A DNA stretch of 63,938 bases, the filler included, from Octopus bimaculoides (taxonomy: Eukaryota), in assembly GCF_001194135.2 (NCBI RefSeq). It is 5 parts of 4 records of this genome, joined end to end, with 100 filler letters (N's around TTAATTAATTAA, not from the genome) between each part and the next. Parts side by side here need not be neighbours in the genome. Positions count along the whole stretch, not along the records: positions 37,835 to 58,088 come from NC_068983.1; 4 more parts are not named here. One strand, given 5' to 3'. The translations under genes were made by a program, and so were the position numbers. Each line of letters opens with the position of its first letter. Position 1 is the first letter of the stretch. Shown here piece after piece: positions 37,881-51,817 of the stretch. Under the pieces are notes generated by a model. The model saw nothing but the letters and a program-made list of their open reading frames with translations. It was not told the origin of the DNA and did no database searches.

Positions 37881-39705
37881 TCAATGTATGTATGTGTATG
37901 TTTGTACGTTGTTATGGGTTACCAAGTTAACGCATAATCACACAAAGATAACACATTCCGGTTTCTGGCGTAAGATAATGATTAAATAGTTGATAAAATC
38001 AAAACGTGATGTTCTCGATGTTTTGAAAATGCTAAATTGATTTGAGGAAACGCTACGAGAAGTTATCTATAAATAACATCGTGGTAAATATTGTCAAAAT
38101 GTAAATACTTTTGCATAGTGCAAGCGTTCGATTCACTTTTAAGACAGAAGTCTCCTGCTTTGTTAGCTCTTTGTTATATTTTTCTAAGTATCATATTGGA
38201 AAGATGTCCTGAATCTGTTGCCATATAAGTAAATGTGTGTGTGTGAGTGTGTGTAGATGTGTTTCCACATATGCTGACGATACTGAATATCAAATAAGGC
38301 TCGTTCTTACGAAATCAGCATCCATGTACCAATTAGTATCTATCTGATTGACTCCACCCTTCGTTATCTTATCCACACTTTGCTAACAAAAAGAGATGTC
38401 ACTTATTCCTATGTCTCTTTTCTAACTGAACATGCTCCAATCATTTGCACATTATCGGATAACATTCCGATCCACATTCTTACTTTACAAATTACTTATA
38501 TAACAGCAGCCAGGATAGACATAAATTACAACAATGATACAAATAATTTTAAGAATTTACTGTGAAACCATTATCGTGTATTCCGATATTTTAAAATATA
38601 ATTAAGTTGTAATTAATTTTGATTTATTCTTTGTGCATTCACAACTTCATTTCTACTACTTCTACAATTGCTTGGATTAACAGCAATTTCTCTCTCTCTA
38701 TGTATACATATATATATGCATGTATATATATATATATATATATNNNNNNNNNNNNNNNNNNNNNNNNNNNNNNNNNNNNNNNNNNNNNNNNNNNNNNNNN
38801 NNNNNNNNNNNNNNNNNNNNNNNNNNNNNNNNNNNNNNNNNNNNNNNNNNNNNNNNNNNNNNNNNNNNNNNNNNNNNNNNNNNNNNNNNNNNNNNNNNNN
38901 NNNNNNNNNNNNNNNNNNNNNNNNNNNNNNNNNNNNNNNNNNNNNNNNNNNNNNNNNNNNNNNNNNNNNNNNNNNNNNNNNNNNNNNNNNNNNNNNNNNN
39001 NNNNNNNNNNNNNNNNNNNNNNNNNNNNNNNNNNNNNNNNNNNNNNNNNNNNNNNNNNNNNNNNNNNNNNNNNNNNNNNNNNNNNNNNNNNNNNNNNNNN
39101 NNNNNNNNNNNNNNNNNNNNNNNNNNNNNNNNNNNNNNNNNNNNNNNNNNNNNNNNNNNNNNNNNNNNNNNNNNNNNNNNNNNNNNNNNNNNNNNNNNNN
39201 NNNNNNNNNNNNNNNNNNNNNNNNNNNNNNNNNNNNNNNNNNNNNNNNNNNNNNNNNNNNNNNNATATATATATATATATATATATACGTATAGATGTAT
39301 GTGCATATACGATCTTTTTACTCTTTCGTTTTTCTGTCTTTCTCTCTTATTCTTTTCACCTTCTCTTCTCCCACTATTCTATCCTATTAATCTGTCACTC
39401 TCTGTCTCTCTCACTCCTCATCCCTTGCTTACGTGGCTTCCACGTGACCATCGCCCATCTTTCTTTCTTTTCCTAAATTGTGTTTCTTTCTTTCTCTCTG
39501 TTGTAGCTGGAACAAGGAAGATGTGTTCTTATCTGTCTTCTGTCCAAGCTTGATTTACGCGTTCGCCACAACAAGCTCGTTTTCAAATGCAAAGGACATA
39601 TTCCTTTTTTTTTACTGCCCGTCTCTGTCTGTCTTTTTTATACTTGTGGGTTCTAGGTAGTTACCAGCAGTTAGTTTGATATGAATTCTTGTGTTTGACT
39701 GTTTA

Positions 39706-39706
<1 letters not shown>

Positions 39707-39787
<81 letters not shown>

Positions 39788-39847
39788 AAATGAGGTGGCG
39801 GAGAAGAAGAAGAAGAAGAAGAAGAAGAAGAAGAAGAAGAAGAAGAA

Positions 39848-39878
<31 letters not shown>

Positions 39879-39925
39879 AAGAAGAAGAAGAAGAAGAAGA
39901 AGAAGAAGAAGAAGAAGAAGAAGAA
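39707..39925. repeat. Compound (CAG)n(TAG)n and (AGA)n arrays
   Basis: Direct. Confidence 0.95.
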
Positions 39926-40302
39926 TGCGGGAGTGGTATGACAGTAGCAGGATGTTAAATGGTCAAGTGACTTAAAAGTAACATCTTGTGAATGATAGTA
40001 GTTATTGGAATTGTTCTGAATAAATTCTTGAGGTGATTGTTGCGAATGTATCGTTTTAGGCAGAAAAAAGGAAAATGTCCCTTGCATTTGAAAAACTATG
40101 GAAATAATCTTTTTAAAAAACATTTCATTTAACTTTCACACAATTTCATTGTTTTTCATGCTTTACTCTAAGTTGAAAAAGTCTCATTGACTGAAACCGG
40201 TACTAAAATGTTCTCCATGATAAAATTATTTTAGCATTTTCTACCTTGACTTATTTTCCTTTTACATATCAACTGGTGCGTTACTTTTCAACCTTCTACA
40301 TG

Positions 40303-40365
<63 letters not shown>

Positions 40366-40829
40366 ATACATACACACAAAGACTGTTTCGTTAATTCACT
40401 TTCTCTCATTTGTCAAATGTCAAAAGATTTTGCTTGGGTGCGTACAGATTATTCGCCTACCGTGACATACATTCTCAGACATTTGTATACGTCGCACACT
40501 ACATCTTCACATACACGAGGCTTTATTAAAAATTAAACACAGCAATATAAATATAGACATAAATTTGAGGATGATAACCATCACTGTCTTCTCTTCTGTT
40601 TATATTTATATTCTTGTATATTCTACACTGTGATGTAAACGTCATGGGTTGTTGACATTTCCCATTTGTCAGATTTGTTACTAGTATTCATTCCTTAGCA
40701 GAAACAACACATTGTCTGCTGCGGTGATAATGTTCCCCTCTCTCTTTTTCCTTCAGTCTAGGGCAGAACGCATTTAAATTCTTATTTGCAAAGCAAATGT
40801 GGAAATTAGTTTTCCTTCTAATTACCTTG

Positions 40830-41000
40830 ACTAGGATTATACTGCCTCCAGGAAGAAGGATCTGGTCCGAAATGAGGTCTATATTCTTTTGTGACGTTTG
40901 TATTAGGAGTTCAATGGTCATCCGGAACCAGTTCTCCTTTTTCGTCTGATAGGCTTGGAGGATTTTCGAGTTTTCGAAGTCTATCGTCACTAGATCAATT
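40830..41000 (-). mobile_element. Possible Penelope ORF C-terminal fragment
   Basis: IDFENSKILQ...IELLIQTSQKNIDLISDQILLP resembles the F.FEN.KIL...E...I.....N...D...L end of Penelope ORFs. Confidence 0.3.
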
Positions 41001-41680
41001 AGTCAAGGAATGACTATTTCTGGCGGCGTCTGTTGAATGATGACTTTGACCAGTCACTGACCGCAGAAGAATGGAACTAACAACAACCCCTCACTTTTGA
41101 GGGGATTCAGAGAGAGATGCTTGGCTTCTTCCTCGGTGTGGAATCGAACGTCTAGCATTCCATAGGCCCTTCCTCTTTGTTAATATTCCTTTAGATTCCG
41201 GACGGAAACTAAATATTTTGTATTCGAGCCTCTGTGGTTCTTTCCACCCTCCTTAATTTTAAACCGATTTTACGGTACATCACTCTGCCAAATATATATA
41301 CATCAGTATATATATATATATAATATTTTTTTCTATCAGTTATTAAAAATAGAACAAAATGACTCGATTCTTTTCAGGGCCAAGGTCAGCGCTCTCATTG
41401 ATCATTACTAATAGTAAAAGAGTGTGAGATAGCGTTTGTCTCTTCATCGGACAGGAATGCCCATCGCTGATCGCTTCGCCATCCGCCGAATCTCTTTACC
41501 GACCTGTGGAATTTAATCTATTCACCAAGCTTTCTGTTTTGCTCCTACTATTCACTTAAGCACTCACATATTTATGATCATCTCAAGTACAAGGAAAAAG
41601 TTGAAACTAAACAACATTCCTTTTCAGAATGAATGGAAATAACAAAAATTATGGTAATAATTGTGATGGCAATAACAAAG

Positions 41681-41685
<5 letters not shown>

Positions 41686-41752
<67 letters not shown>
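41686..41752. repeat. (AAT)n microsatellite
   Basis: Direct. Confidence 0.95.
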
Positions 41753-41753
<1 letters not shown>

Positions 41754-41856
41754 TTTAGTCAAAACTCATGTAAAATCAGAGGAAATATTAACAATGACAA
41801 ATTGTAGTAAAAAAAAAAATGAAAATAATCATATCAGTGATGATGATAATAATAAT

Positions 41857-42222
41857 GAAAGGAAGCTGTTGGAATCTCCAACAGCTGACAACAAGGTATT
41901 CCCTAAAGAAGAAAGAAAAGTTGATAGATATGTCAGGTTAGCTTGGAAAGTCAAGCAATTGTGGTCGATGAAAAAGGTGGTAGTAGTGCCAATAATTGTC
42001 GACGCCCTGGGAACAGTGAGTAAAAATCTTGTGAAATACACGGAACAAATAGGGGCTGCGATAAGAATTGAGCACTTGCATAAAACAGCACTACTTGGAA
42101 CCGCTCGAATACTCCGGATGGTACTCGAAAAATAAGGGGTGTTATCTTAGTTCAGTGGTAGTGAACAACTGGCATCATAGTACATCTCCAGCGTTAGAAG
42201 CTATGGAAAGATAATAATAATT
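41857..42222 (+). mobile_element. 5'-truncated R4/Dong-clade non-LTR retrotransposon in a (TAA)n site
   Basis: ADNKV..KEERKVDRYVRLAWKVKQLWSMKKVVVVPIIVDALGTVSKNL...LHKTALLGTARILRMVLEK* is a restriction-like endonuclease C-terminus; about 75-nt 3' UTR; ATAATAAT on both flanks. Confidence 0.85.
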
Positions 42223-42706
42223 ATGTGTGTTTGTGTACGTGTGTGTGTGTGTATGTGTGTGTGCGTGTGTGTGTGCGTTGCAACGCCCGCTTTCCATGCT
42301 GCTGTGTACGTGTATGTGTATGTGCGAGCCTGCGTTTTACTGAGAAACCTAGAGAGGTAGTGAACGATGCTATTGTTCACCACAACCGGTGTAAAAAGAA
42401 ATAAATCAAGTACCTAAATTTCAGCTGCTTGTGAAATGTGGAGAGAAGTGTACTTGTACAATTATATTTGCCACAATTAATAATAAATTATTAATATTCT
42501 GGTGTACACTAAAATAATTAAAATTTTGAAATTAATTACCTAAGAACGAGACGTGTTTCTTTTCATTATTCAACTAGCATAACATATTCTTTATAATATA
42601 TTAATTTACTGCACAAAAGTTAATAAAAGACAGACACATAATTTGTAAATTGTTACACTCCCATTCATGCACAAACATACACACACAAGCACACGCGCGC
42701 GTTCAT

Positions 42707-42752
<46 letters not shown>

Positions 42753-42855
42753 CTCGCGCGCGCACGAAGGTGACGTACACGTATTGATACGTATGCACAT
42801 TCACATAGACGAAACTATGCACACACACATACATAACATTTTATATGTGTGTGTG

Positions 42856-42934
<79 letters not shown>

Positions 42935-43002
42935 GTGTGGGTGTGGTGTGTGAGTGTGTGTATAAATTATGCATATATACATATATGTATTTATATGTCT
43001 GA

Positions 43003-43095
<93 letters not shown>

Positions 43096-43112
43096 TATAT
43101 GTTTAACATTTC

Positions 43113-43153
<41 letters not shown>

Positions 43154-43622
43154 CGTGTGTGTGTGAGTATGTGTATGTATGCGTGTATGTCAGTGTGCAT
43201 GCATGTATTTGAACGTACGTAGATAGCTACTTCACTGATCATACTATGTGATAATATTATTATATATTAAAATAAAATTAGTGCGTTAAAAGAAATAATC
43301 GTTTGTATTTTCTTAATTAAATCATATAATAAATAAATATTATATAGAAAATTATATTGTAAATATCCTATCAAAAAATGTACGGAAGTGATAATTTTGT
43401 CCTCGCACTTCATGTGTTAGATTTTGCGCAGATAAATAATTGTTTGAATCGAAAGGAATATCTGTTTCTCTTGTATTGGAATTTTGATTGCATATATAAC
43501 AATGTGTGCACGTGCGCGCGTGTGCGTGTGCATATGTGTATGTATGTATGTATGTATGTATGTATGTATGTATGCATGTATTTATATACACACACATATA
43601 TATGTATATGCATGCAGGTATC

Positions 43623-43693
<71 letters not shown>

Positions 43694-43761
43694 TTACCTG
43701 ACTTAAGTGATAAGTGCCATGTAATCGTGTCTGAGACACATTTGGGAAACGTATTCATATA

Positions 43762-44890
43762 TTAGGTTGACCTAAATTGTCCGTTCAATTTTGTTGACAC
43801 TAAACATCAAGTAGCAAACTACGTTCTCTCTTTTGCATACTTGCACTCGTCAAATACCTGATACTTCAATGTAGTTCGACGTGGACCTGCGACCAAACTA
43901 GTTGTGCCTTTTATGCTTAGTATGAAGAACCAAATCGAAGATTATCGATACCTCATAATTTTTTTTCATTTATATAAAACAAACTAGGCAATAAAGCGCC
44001 TGAAACCTACAGTAAGTTATGTTCTGTGTACAGAGAGAATGTTATTAAGAACGTGTGTATTAAAAGTGGTTATCATTATTTCGATCGGGTAAATTTTCGC
44101 TTCAAGTTGTAACTCACTTTCACCAGCCAGTTGAGATTGATAGAGACACAAACACATATTATACAATCAGGATGATCGCAGATATATCTCAAATATCCAA
44201 ATCGAGTAATGAAATTCATCTGCATCAACTAGGCTAGGTCAGGCTCACCTCGTTCAGTAGATTTCTATCTGCGATTCATTGCAGAAACGAAAAAAACAAA
44301 AAACAATTTTGAAGAGAAATGTGACAGGGGAAGAAAAATGGAACATCCATAACAATGTGAAGCATAACAATCATTGTGAAAGCGTGATGAATCACCACAA
44401 ACTATATGCAGAGCAGGACTTCACCCGAAAAAGGCTCTGCCATAAATTTGATGAGATGGGGAGGGTGTTGTATTTTACGAGCTTCTCCCCCATGGTAGGG
44501 CCATAAATTTGAAGGTGTACTGTGACCAGGTGAACAAATTAGACACAGTGACCCTTCAGAAGCGTCCAATACTTTCTAGTCGTAAAGACATTCATAGTCT
44601 TTCATTTTGCCAATGCCGCTGACAGACCTTTTTAGACCTTAGGTCTACCGATTTCTACCTGTTTCGAGCTCTTCAAAATTCTTTGGATATAAAAATTCAC
44701 CTGGAAAATAATTTTTCCCTGTAAAGGTAAGAGATTCTTTGAGTAAAGAATGACGGATCTGCCCCCAAGATACAAGCAGATGATGCTGGAACGACACAGT
44801 AATATCATTGATTAAATAAATCGCTGTGTGCTTACAATTTGTGTCTTACTTTCACTTTAAAAAACGGAGTGAACATCTTCGCCAACCCAT
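43762..44890 (+). mobile_element. Decayed mariner (DD34D-type) transposon, both ends present
   Basis: TA-TTAGGTTG...CCAACCCAT-TA termini; frameshifted remnants MKNQIEDYRYL, RPVEIDRD, ISKSSNEIHLHQLG, LKRNVTGEEKW, GLHPKK, YELLPHG, TDFYLFRALQNSL. Confidence 0.8.
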
Positions 44891-45424
44891 TATCAGCACA
44901 TACGAGTATGTTTGTGTGTTTCTTTGTGTGTACCCATGTTTATTTGTCTGTCAATGTGTATGCATGTGTGTCTATATATACAACATCTGATTCATTTACT
45001 TTTTGTTTTGTCAATGAGAAATGGATGCATGACTGATATATGTACGTATGTATATATGTGTGCATGTCTATATGATGATTAAATATAGGTATATATACTT
45101 ATACAATTGTTTTATGTAGCCGTGTATATGTTTGAAACAATAGCTATTTTAGCTACACATACACACACACACAACAGGCATACACATACACATAAAATTA
45201 TACACATACAAGCAGCTAAGCATCTTCACACTTATACACAAATCGGTTATGGAGGAAAATGGAGAAAAAGTGTAAAACTGTTGAGAATTATAATTATGCT
45301 GTTCATTCCAAAATTGTTCAAAAACTACCGTCACTCTTAAACAAATAACCAAAACTGCATACAAATAGGGGCCAGCCGAATATTTGGCTGACAAATATAC
45401 ATTAAACTTTGATCCATGAATATC

Positions 45425-45690
45425 TTTTGTCCAATCACTGCCTCTTATATCGCAACTACTGAAGTATCTGCTTCTCTGGACTGGCCCACGTCGTACCACC
45501 ACCTCTCAAACCCTCTCGAGGCACTCATTTCTCCTCCTATGACCAATCATTGGTTGTTTATACTGCAGGCCCTTACATTAATCCATACACATAATCCTTC
45601 AATCCCTGGATTAGTATTCGATAGAATACCATCCCTAACATTTTTCCTACAATGGTTCGAGTAGAACTATAACCCGCATCTGGTCTAGTC
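45425..45690 (+). mobile_element. 3' ORF2 fragment of a CR1/L2/Jockey-group LINE
   Basis: LLYRNY*SICFSGLAHVVPPPLKPSRGTHFSSYDQSLVVY...SFNPWIS...NTIPNIFP resembles the LYRYY.G.CS.EL...VPP...R.TR....H......SF.PRT.RLWN.LP LINE C-terminus. Confidence 0.6.
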
Positions 45691-46140
45691 ATCTTATATA
45701 AGTTGTAGGTACAAGCCTTTCCTGCGGAGGTAAACATTACAAAATGACTAAGAAATGCGATTAGTTATGGAAGTAAAGAAGATAGGTTTAGTTGTTATGG
45801 CCAGAGAAGTTTATTTTAGTATTGTAAGTATTGTTAAATTGTGATAGATTACTATATGGAAAGAAAGATTGGAAAGTTTAACGATGATAGAAGATAGCTC
45901 TGAGATATTCAGTATATTGGTTTGCTTCTGAATCATTCAGAGTAAAAGAAAAAAAAACCGTTATTCTATAAATACCAATAAAGCATGTTTACAATAACGT
46001 AACTACATTCTAGCTAAATTTAGAAGCGATTAAATCTCTACTAAAATGCGAAAGCATGGTGAAACATTATATGAGTAATCTATAACGGTTGGTAAAGGAA
46101 CACTAAGGCAATAACAGTAATTTTAACATCGAATTTCACT

Positions 46141-46294
46141 TCAGCGATGATAGGATAGTAATAACAGCCGCATCACTGCATCTTCGTCTGATTCGTTCAA
46201 ATAATAAGTTTCCCAACGTTCGCATCGATCCAACCAAAAGACGGACTGACACCAATTTCGATGCTTGGCAACTATGTTGAAATCAATGAAATCG
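46141..46294 (-). other. Candidate orphan coding exon
   Basis: Acceptor CCATTCAATTTCTCCAG; only one frame open, 50 codons DFIDFNIVAKHRNWCQSVFWLDRCERWETYYLNESDEDAVMRLLLLSYHR*; no recognised homology. Confidence 0.2.
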
Positions 46295-46426
46295 CTGGAG
46301 AAATTGAATGGTGCACGTTAATATTGGTTTGCATTACTACTAATTCCTGTGCCTCTATGTTTTATATATAAAGGGAGAGAAAGCTAGAGACATACATACA
46401 TACATAGAGTGTATATATATATATAC

Positions 46427-46468
<42 letters not shown>

Positions 46469-46477
46469 CTAGAAAGG

Positions 46478-46508
<31 letters not shown>

Positions 46509-46703
46509 ACACATAGACAGATAGATAGAGATATGTATGCATGTGTGTATATGTGTGTGTGCGAGCGCGCATGCGTAGGTGTGTGTAGGGTTATATCTAC
46601 GATCACCTCACTTGCCACAAGTAGTAGCCGATACTGCGCTGTCCGGAACCACGTGCCTACCACGCTAAATTTGAAACACTGCAATATTTGTACATCTTTT
46701 CCG

Positions 46704-46747
<44 letters not shown>

Positions 46748-46863
46748 CTATCTCTTTTCTCTTTCTCCCGCCAAATATCCATGCGCATTTATGAAAATTT
46801 ATACACACATCCATACATATATAACATGTGTTGTATGTATGTGTGTGTGTATACATTCACATT

Positions 46864-46924
<61 letters not shown>

Positions 46925-47979
46925 ATATATATATATGCATGTAGGTATCCTTCATATTTGGTCATGTGTGTGTAAGTTATATTGTGGTGTCATTTAAACA
47001 AACTTGCTAATATGTACGTTAGCTAAGAAAGCTATAAATATTTTGATTAATTCCTATATACCAACTTTTATTTAAAGAAAGGTGTAAATATATTATATTT
47101 CCAAAAGTTATTGTTGACAGATCCATGAAATTGATTGAACACTGAATTCAATATAAATTTGTAATGAATATCCAGGAGCTATTTAATGACAATGCAGCCT
47201 CGTTCGCATTCTATTACAATTCAAGTATCATGTCCTTCAAATTCTTTAAGCTAATATATTTTCTATTATATGTTTGTCTTCAGAAGGAAAGTAAGAAATA
47301 AATGTTAAAAGAAAATTCCGTGCCAAATTATATGCATTTCCTGTGAGTTTTCTATAATGGCGTAAGAAACGAAAGAAAATTGAAAAAAAAAATTGTAGAA
47401 ACAAAATGGAGAATATAACGAGAGAATCGTTGTCATATATGAAACGAACGTAAAAAAAATCACATGATTCTTCTTCATTGTCAGTTTGAATTAAGATCAT
47501 CTAACATTAATAATTCTGAAATAACTACACAGAATGAATAATTAGGTTTCTTTGTTTTGCACTACACATATTAGTTTTCCTTCGAATATTTTTTTTATTT
47601 TATTTTCTATGATATTACTTCTAGTTATCTATTATTCAATTTAACAAAAGCCCTATTATATATATATATTTTTTTAGCAATAAAAGATAAACGAAATAAT
47701 TTTCTGTAGTAAAAAGAGTTTAGAAAAGGAGTTGATATATGTTCAAATGGTATTAAATACTGATATGAAGAAAGAATCGTTTATTATATTTAGAAGAAGT
47801 TAGATCATTAGGTATGATGCAAGTAGCAAAGGCAATATATCGATTATCCAGAGCGATGATGTATATAGGATGAAAATGCAAGATTTGTGCATTTATTTAT
47901 CTTTATGTTAGCAATATTGGTTGTAATATGAATATATAAAGTTGATAGATGATCGAAAAATCATGGGTGGAGGTATTGT

Positions 47980-48170
47980 CTCTTACTTGCTTCAGTCACT
48001 GGACTGCAGTCATCATGGAGCAGCGTCTTGAATGATTTTCTGTAACAAACCGAACCAGAATTATGTTTTGAATTCTGGTACTTATTCTATCGGACTCCTT
48101 TGCAGAAACGCGAAGTCACGTGGATATGAACAAACCAGCATTGATTGTGGTGGACGAACACTTTCCAAAA
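47980..48170 (-). mobile_element. Degenerate SINE family A 3' half
   Basis: CTTACTTGCTTCAGTCACTGGACTGCAGTCATCATGGAGCAGCG resembles the family A tail. Confidence 0.55.
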
Positions 48171-48202
48171 TGCAAAGACATGAATATATATAAACATATG
48201 TG

Positions 48203-48234
<32 letters not shown>

Positions 48235-48503
48235 NNNNNNNNNNNNNNNNNNNNNNNNNNNNNNNNNNNNNNNNNNNNNNNNNNNNNNNNNNNNNNNNNN
48301 NNNNNNNNNNNNNNNNNNNNNNNNNNNNNNNNNNNNNNNNNNNNNNNNNNNNNNNNNNNNNNNNNNNNNNNNNNNNNNNNNNNNNNNNNNNNNNNNNNNN
48401 NATATATATATAAATATATATACATTATATACACACATACGGAGAAGAAATGAATTTTATTCGTATTCGTATCACTGGAATTAGCAATAAAAGTGAAACT
48501 TAC

Positions 48504-48573
48504 TGGATGAGATGTAAATCTGACTAAGACCTGGGAGCAATGCAGGTTCTCTATTATTGTGCAACAGTAGCTG
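48504..48573 (-). other. Candidate internal exon, 70 nt
   Basis: TAG/CAG tandem acceptor and perfect donor CCA|GTAAGT; open frame QLLLHNNREPALLPGLSQIYISS. Confidence 0.3.
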
Positions 48574-50140
48574 CTATGGATAGAATTCAATAATATGTTA
48601 CTTCATAATATACACCTTAGTGAAATATTCAAAGAGTATACGTTCAAGAAGCGTCAAATACTATACATCTCTTTCTACACTGGAATGGGATAAGGGATGG
48701 TATTTCTCTGCCTCGCTCCTCTTTATTTATGGCTTGTACAGAAAATCATGAGCAGTATTGATGGCTCTTTTATACAAGGAGTTGAAGTCTGCCAGAGAAA
48801 AAGGGGAAGAACAATCTACAACTTATAGATTATTCATCATACTCCAACTTGGGTTGATCTTTAGCGGGAGAGGCAGTGTTAAAGTGGGTTACTAATTCTG
48901 TACAAGCAAGAACATGTACAACTTCTCCGAAAAACACGGTTTTTGTTTACCGAATTTTATTCTTAAACGTAACAAAAATGACACTTAATGAGATTGAAGT
49001 GGAAAAGTATAACTATGCCAAATCTCATGACTGTGCCTGTATTCAGTTATGAGCAATTCGCTAAAGCTCCCCTGTTATATATAAGATTAAAATGAGGAGC
49101 CGATGTCTTGAAGTTGAAGCTAAAAGCGCAAATAGATTCTTTTACTTAAGTCACATGTTTGAAGAAAGACAGAGTACCATATGTCATTGCATTTGTTTTC
49201 CATATTACTTTTCCATCAACATTTAGAAATTGGAATGTGAGGATATGATATATGTTGTTAAATTATAGATGTCTCTATTGTATTATTGCACTGATACGAA
49301 CAATGAAATAGGAAGTGTGTATATGAAAGAAGACAACAGACAAATTCACTGAAATCAAATATGAAATATTTGAAGAGAAATTATTTCCAAATTATTTATT
49401 CTACTCTTGATGTGTCAATTCATATCCGTAAAGCAGGCACTGTTCTGACTGATCAATAAGTTCATGACAGAAATAAATTATTGTAGAGGTATTAATAGGA
49501 TTAGTTGCAATTTTTCTTGTTGATTGTGCTGTTATTAATATTACAGCGGCGACAAGCACGGAAGTAGCAGCATTCAACATTTATTGCAGAGAAATAAAAG
49601 AAATACGACCTACTTCGAATAACTGGAATTTGAATATATACATTAAGCACTAAATATTTATAAATGAAAATTTTTGATGAGAAACCAAGCAAATTGATAG
49701 ATTTTAACAGTGATGAGATGATAATGGTTGTAAGTGGAGGAGGAAACAGAAGTTGATGGAGGATTTGGTTAGAACAGGAAGGATAAGTAAATAAACGAAT
49801 AAATCAAATTTGATGAAGATCATCATCCTCTACATCATTGTCATCATTATCGCAGCCGTCGTCGTCGTCATCGTCATCATCATCATCATCATCACTATTA
49901 CTATTACTATCGATGTTGTTGCTGTTGTTATTATTATTATATGTTTGAATTTTGTTTTGCATTTGTACAAGTTGGATCCAAGTCTCACCNNNNNNNNNNG
50001 TACAAGTTGGCTCCAAGTCTCACACAGAGACCTCAAAGGGATAACAAGTTAGAAGTTCATGTTGGTGTTATGTCTTCGGGTGTCATATATTTGGTTTTGT
50101 ACATAGTATTGTTCTAGAACTAGGTATCTGAGCCAGGTAG

Positions 50141-50219
<79 letters not shown>

Positions 50220-50276
50220 TATTTGATATTTTATCTGAAGAATTACTAGTAAGTTCGTTTTACATCTTTCTCCAAC

Positions 50277-50551
50277 ATGTATGATTTTGTAACTCCTATT
50301 AGCAAAATCCCAAAGTTTATTTTGGTTCGCGGGAGCAACTGTTTTTCGAAGCCTCATATTGTCGTTAATTACTCGAAATGTGGAGTAGATGAACAGCCGA
50401 CAACTGATGAAGGGTCGTTCTTTATGTTACTTGTCTTGTTTCCCATTTGTTTCTCTCGTTGTTCGCATACCCAAGTTTGCCTTCGCATTTCATGTTGTTT
50501 TCGTATTTCTTGTGGTTTACGTTTTGTGACGTCCTGTACCCATATATGCAT
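50277..50551 (+). mobile_element. Dispersed repeat (probable Penelope pseudo-LTR family), also at about 3041-3290 and 11700-11960
   Basis: Shared GACGTCCTGTACCCATATATGCAT-like core in three copies; this copy has CTGATGA at 50404 but no GAAA partner. Confidence 0.5.
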
Positions 50552-50566
50552 NNNNNNNNNNATTAA

Positions 50567-50770
50567 GGCGGTGAGCTGGCAGAATCGTTAGCACGCTGGA
50601 CGAAATGCTTAATAGTATTTCGCCCATCGCTAAGTCCTGAGTTCAAATTCCGTCGAGGTTGACTTTGATTTTCACCATTTCTGGGTCGATACATTAAGTA
50701 GCAGTGAAACACTGGGATCGATGTACTCGATGAGTTCCCTCCCTGCAAATTTCAGGCCTTCCTCCTATAG
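50567..50770 (+). mobile_element. SINE family B
   Basis: GGCGGTGAGCTGGCAGAATCGTTAGCACG...GAGTTCAAATTCC. Confidence 0.85.
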
Positions 50771-50845
50771 TCACCATGCACTCACAGCCCTGTACTTGTC
50801 GGGTAATGGCATCATTAGATGTTAAGCCTTATCATTATATAGAGG

Positions 50846-51600
50846 ATTGGTGGCGAGGAATTGCGACGAAGTCACCGGGAAAACTCTGGATGCCATCGAC
50901 GGAGACGAACTGATTAGTGTGTTCCGGAGTAGTTTCTGGTCGGTGACTACCACGGATAATTTCCAGATGCCCTTCGCCTACCTGTGCTACCTGTCATTAC
51001 CGGTTCGAGATGCACTGTCAGACGGGTCCGTTTGAGTTGTGCGTATAGTGATGAGACCGTACAGCACGCGCTAGCACAGTGTCCGAACATTGCTAACTTA
51101 TTGTGTTATACCGGACAACTGCTGTTGCATGTGGGACGGATCTGTCTGTTGGCCGAATCCATAGTGACGTCAGCCCTTCTGTCTTTCTTTAATCGACTAG
51201 GCAAGGCAGATTTCTTTTGCCTAGTGGCTGTGGTGAAAGAGCTTGTCTGTTGGACGAGGTTGAAAGGCATGAGGACAGAAACATTCCTGTTTGGTAGAGG
51301 CCTCATCAACTTCTTCAAGTTCCACCAGAAAGGAGAGTTAGAGTTGAGAGGGAGTTGTTGTTCTCGAGTGAATTTATTGAAAGGTGAGTGAAAGTTGCAA
51401 AAATTGCAAGAGTGGATAATACCGTACTAAGTTTAGTCCTGTGAGTCGGAGAAAAGGAATTGGAGAGGGTACTTGTGTTTAGTATTCTGGGAAATCACGT
51501 ACAGTGTGGTTCCTAGATTATCCCTAGAGATCCTCCTGTATCAGGATAATATTATAATTACTCTTTTTCCTTTACTTTTTTTGTAAAGTTGTATACAGTG
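50846..51600 (+). mobile_element. 3' end of a Tx1/L1-clade LINE ORF2
   Basis: FWS...AYLCYLSLPVRD, then SCAYSDETVQHALAQCP (zinc-knuckle Cx..ET..H....C), ending IERxVKVAKIARVDNTVLSLVL*; frameshifts; T-rich 3' UTR. Confidence 0.75.
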
Positions 51601-51610
51601 GTATATACAG

Positions 51611-51778
51611 GAACAGGAGTAATTGTGTGGTAAGAATTTTTCTTCCTAACCATATGGTTCCGGGTTAAGTCCCACTGCATGGTCCCTTGAACAAGTGTCT
51701 TCAACTGTAGCCTCGGGCTGACCAAAGCCTTGAGCGAGGATTTGGGTTAGACGGAAACCGAAAGAAACCCGTCGTATA
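51611..51778 (+). mobile_element. SINE family A head running into gap
   Basis: TGTGTGGTAAG...GGTTCCGGGTTAAGTCCCACTGC...GACGGAAACCGAAAGAAACCCGTCG. Confidence 0.8.
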
Positions 51779-51784
51779 ACTATA

Positions 51785-51817
<33 letters not shown>

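Noticed and set aside
38329-38503. CCAAT boxes plus TATATAA as a core promoter
   Set aside because: Expected by chance in AT-rich DNA; no downstream gene
41425-41455. CCGATGA-A-GAGA...TCTC on the minus strand as a hammerhead
   Set aside because: Both CUGA and GAAA are altered and there is no stem III
47251-47285. CTGAAGA...GAAA-ATATAT-TA on the minus strand as a hammerhead
   Set aside because: No stem I and no credible stem II; chance match in AT-rich sequence
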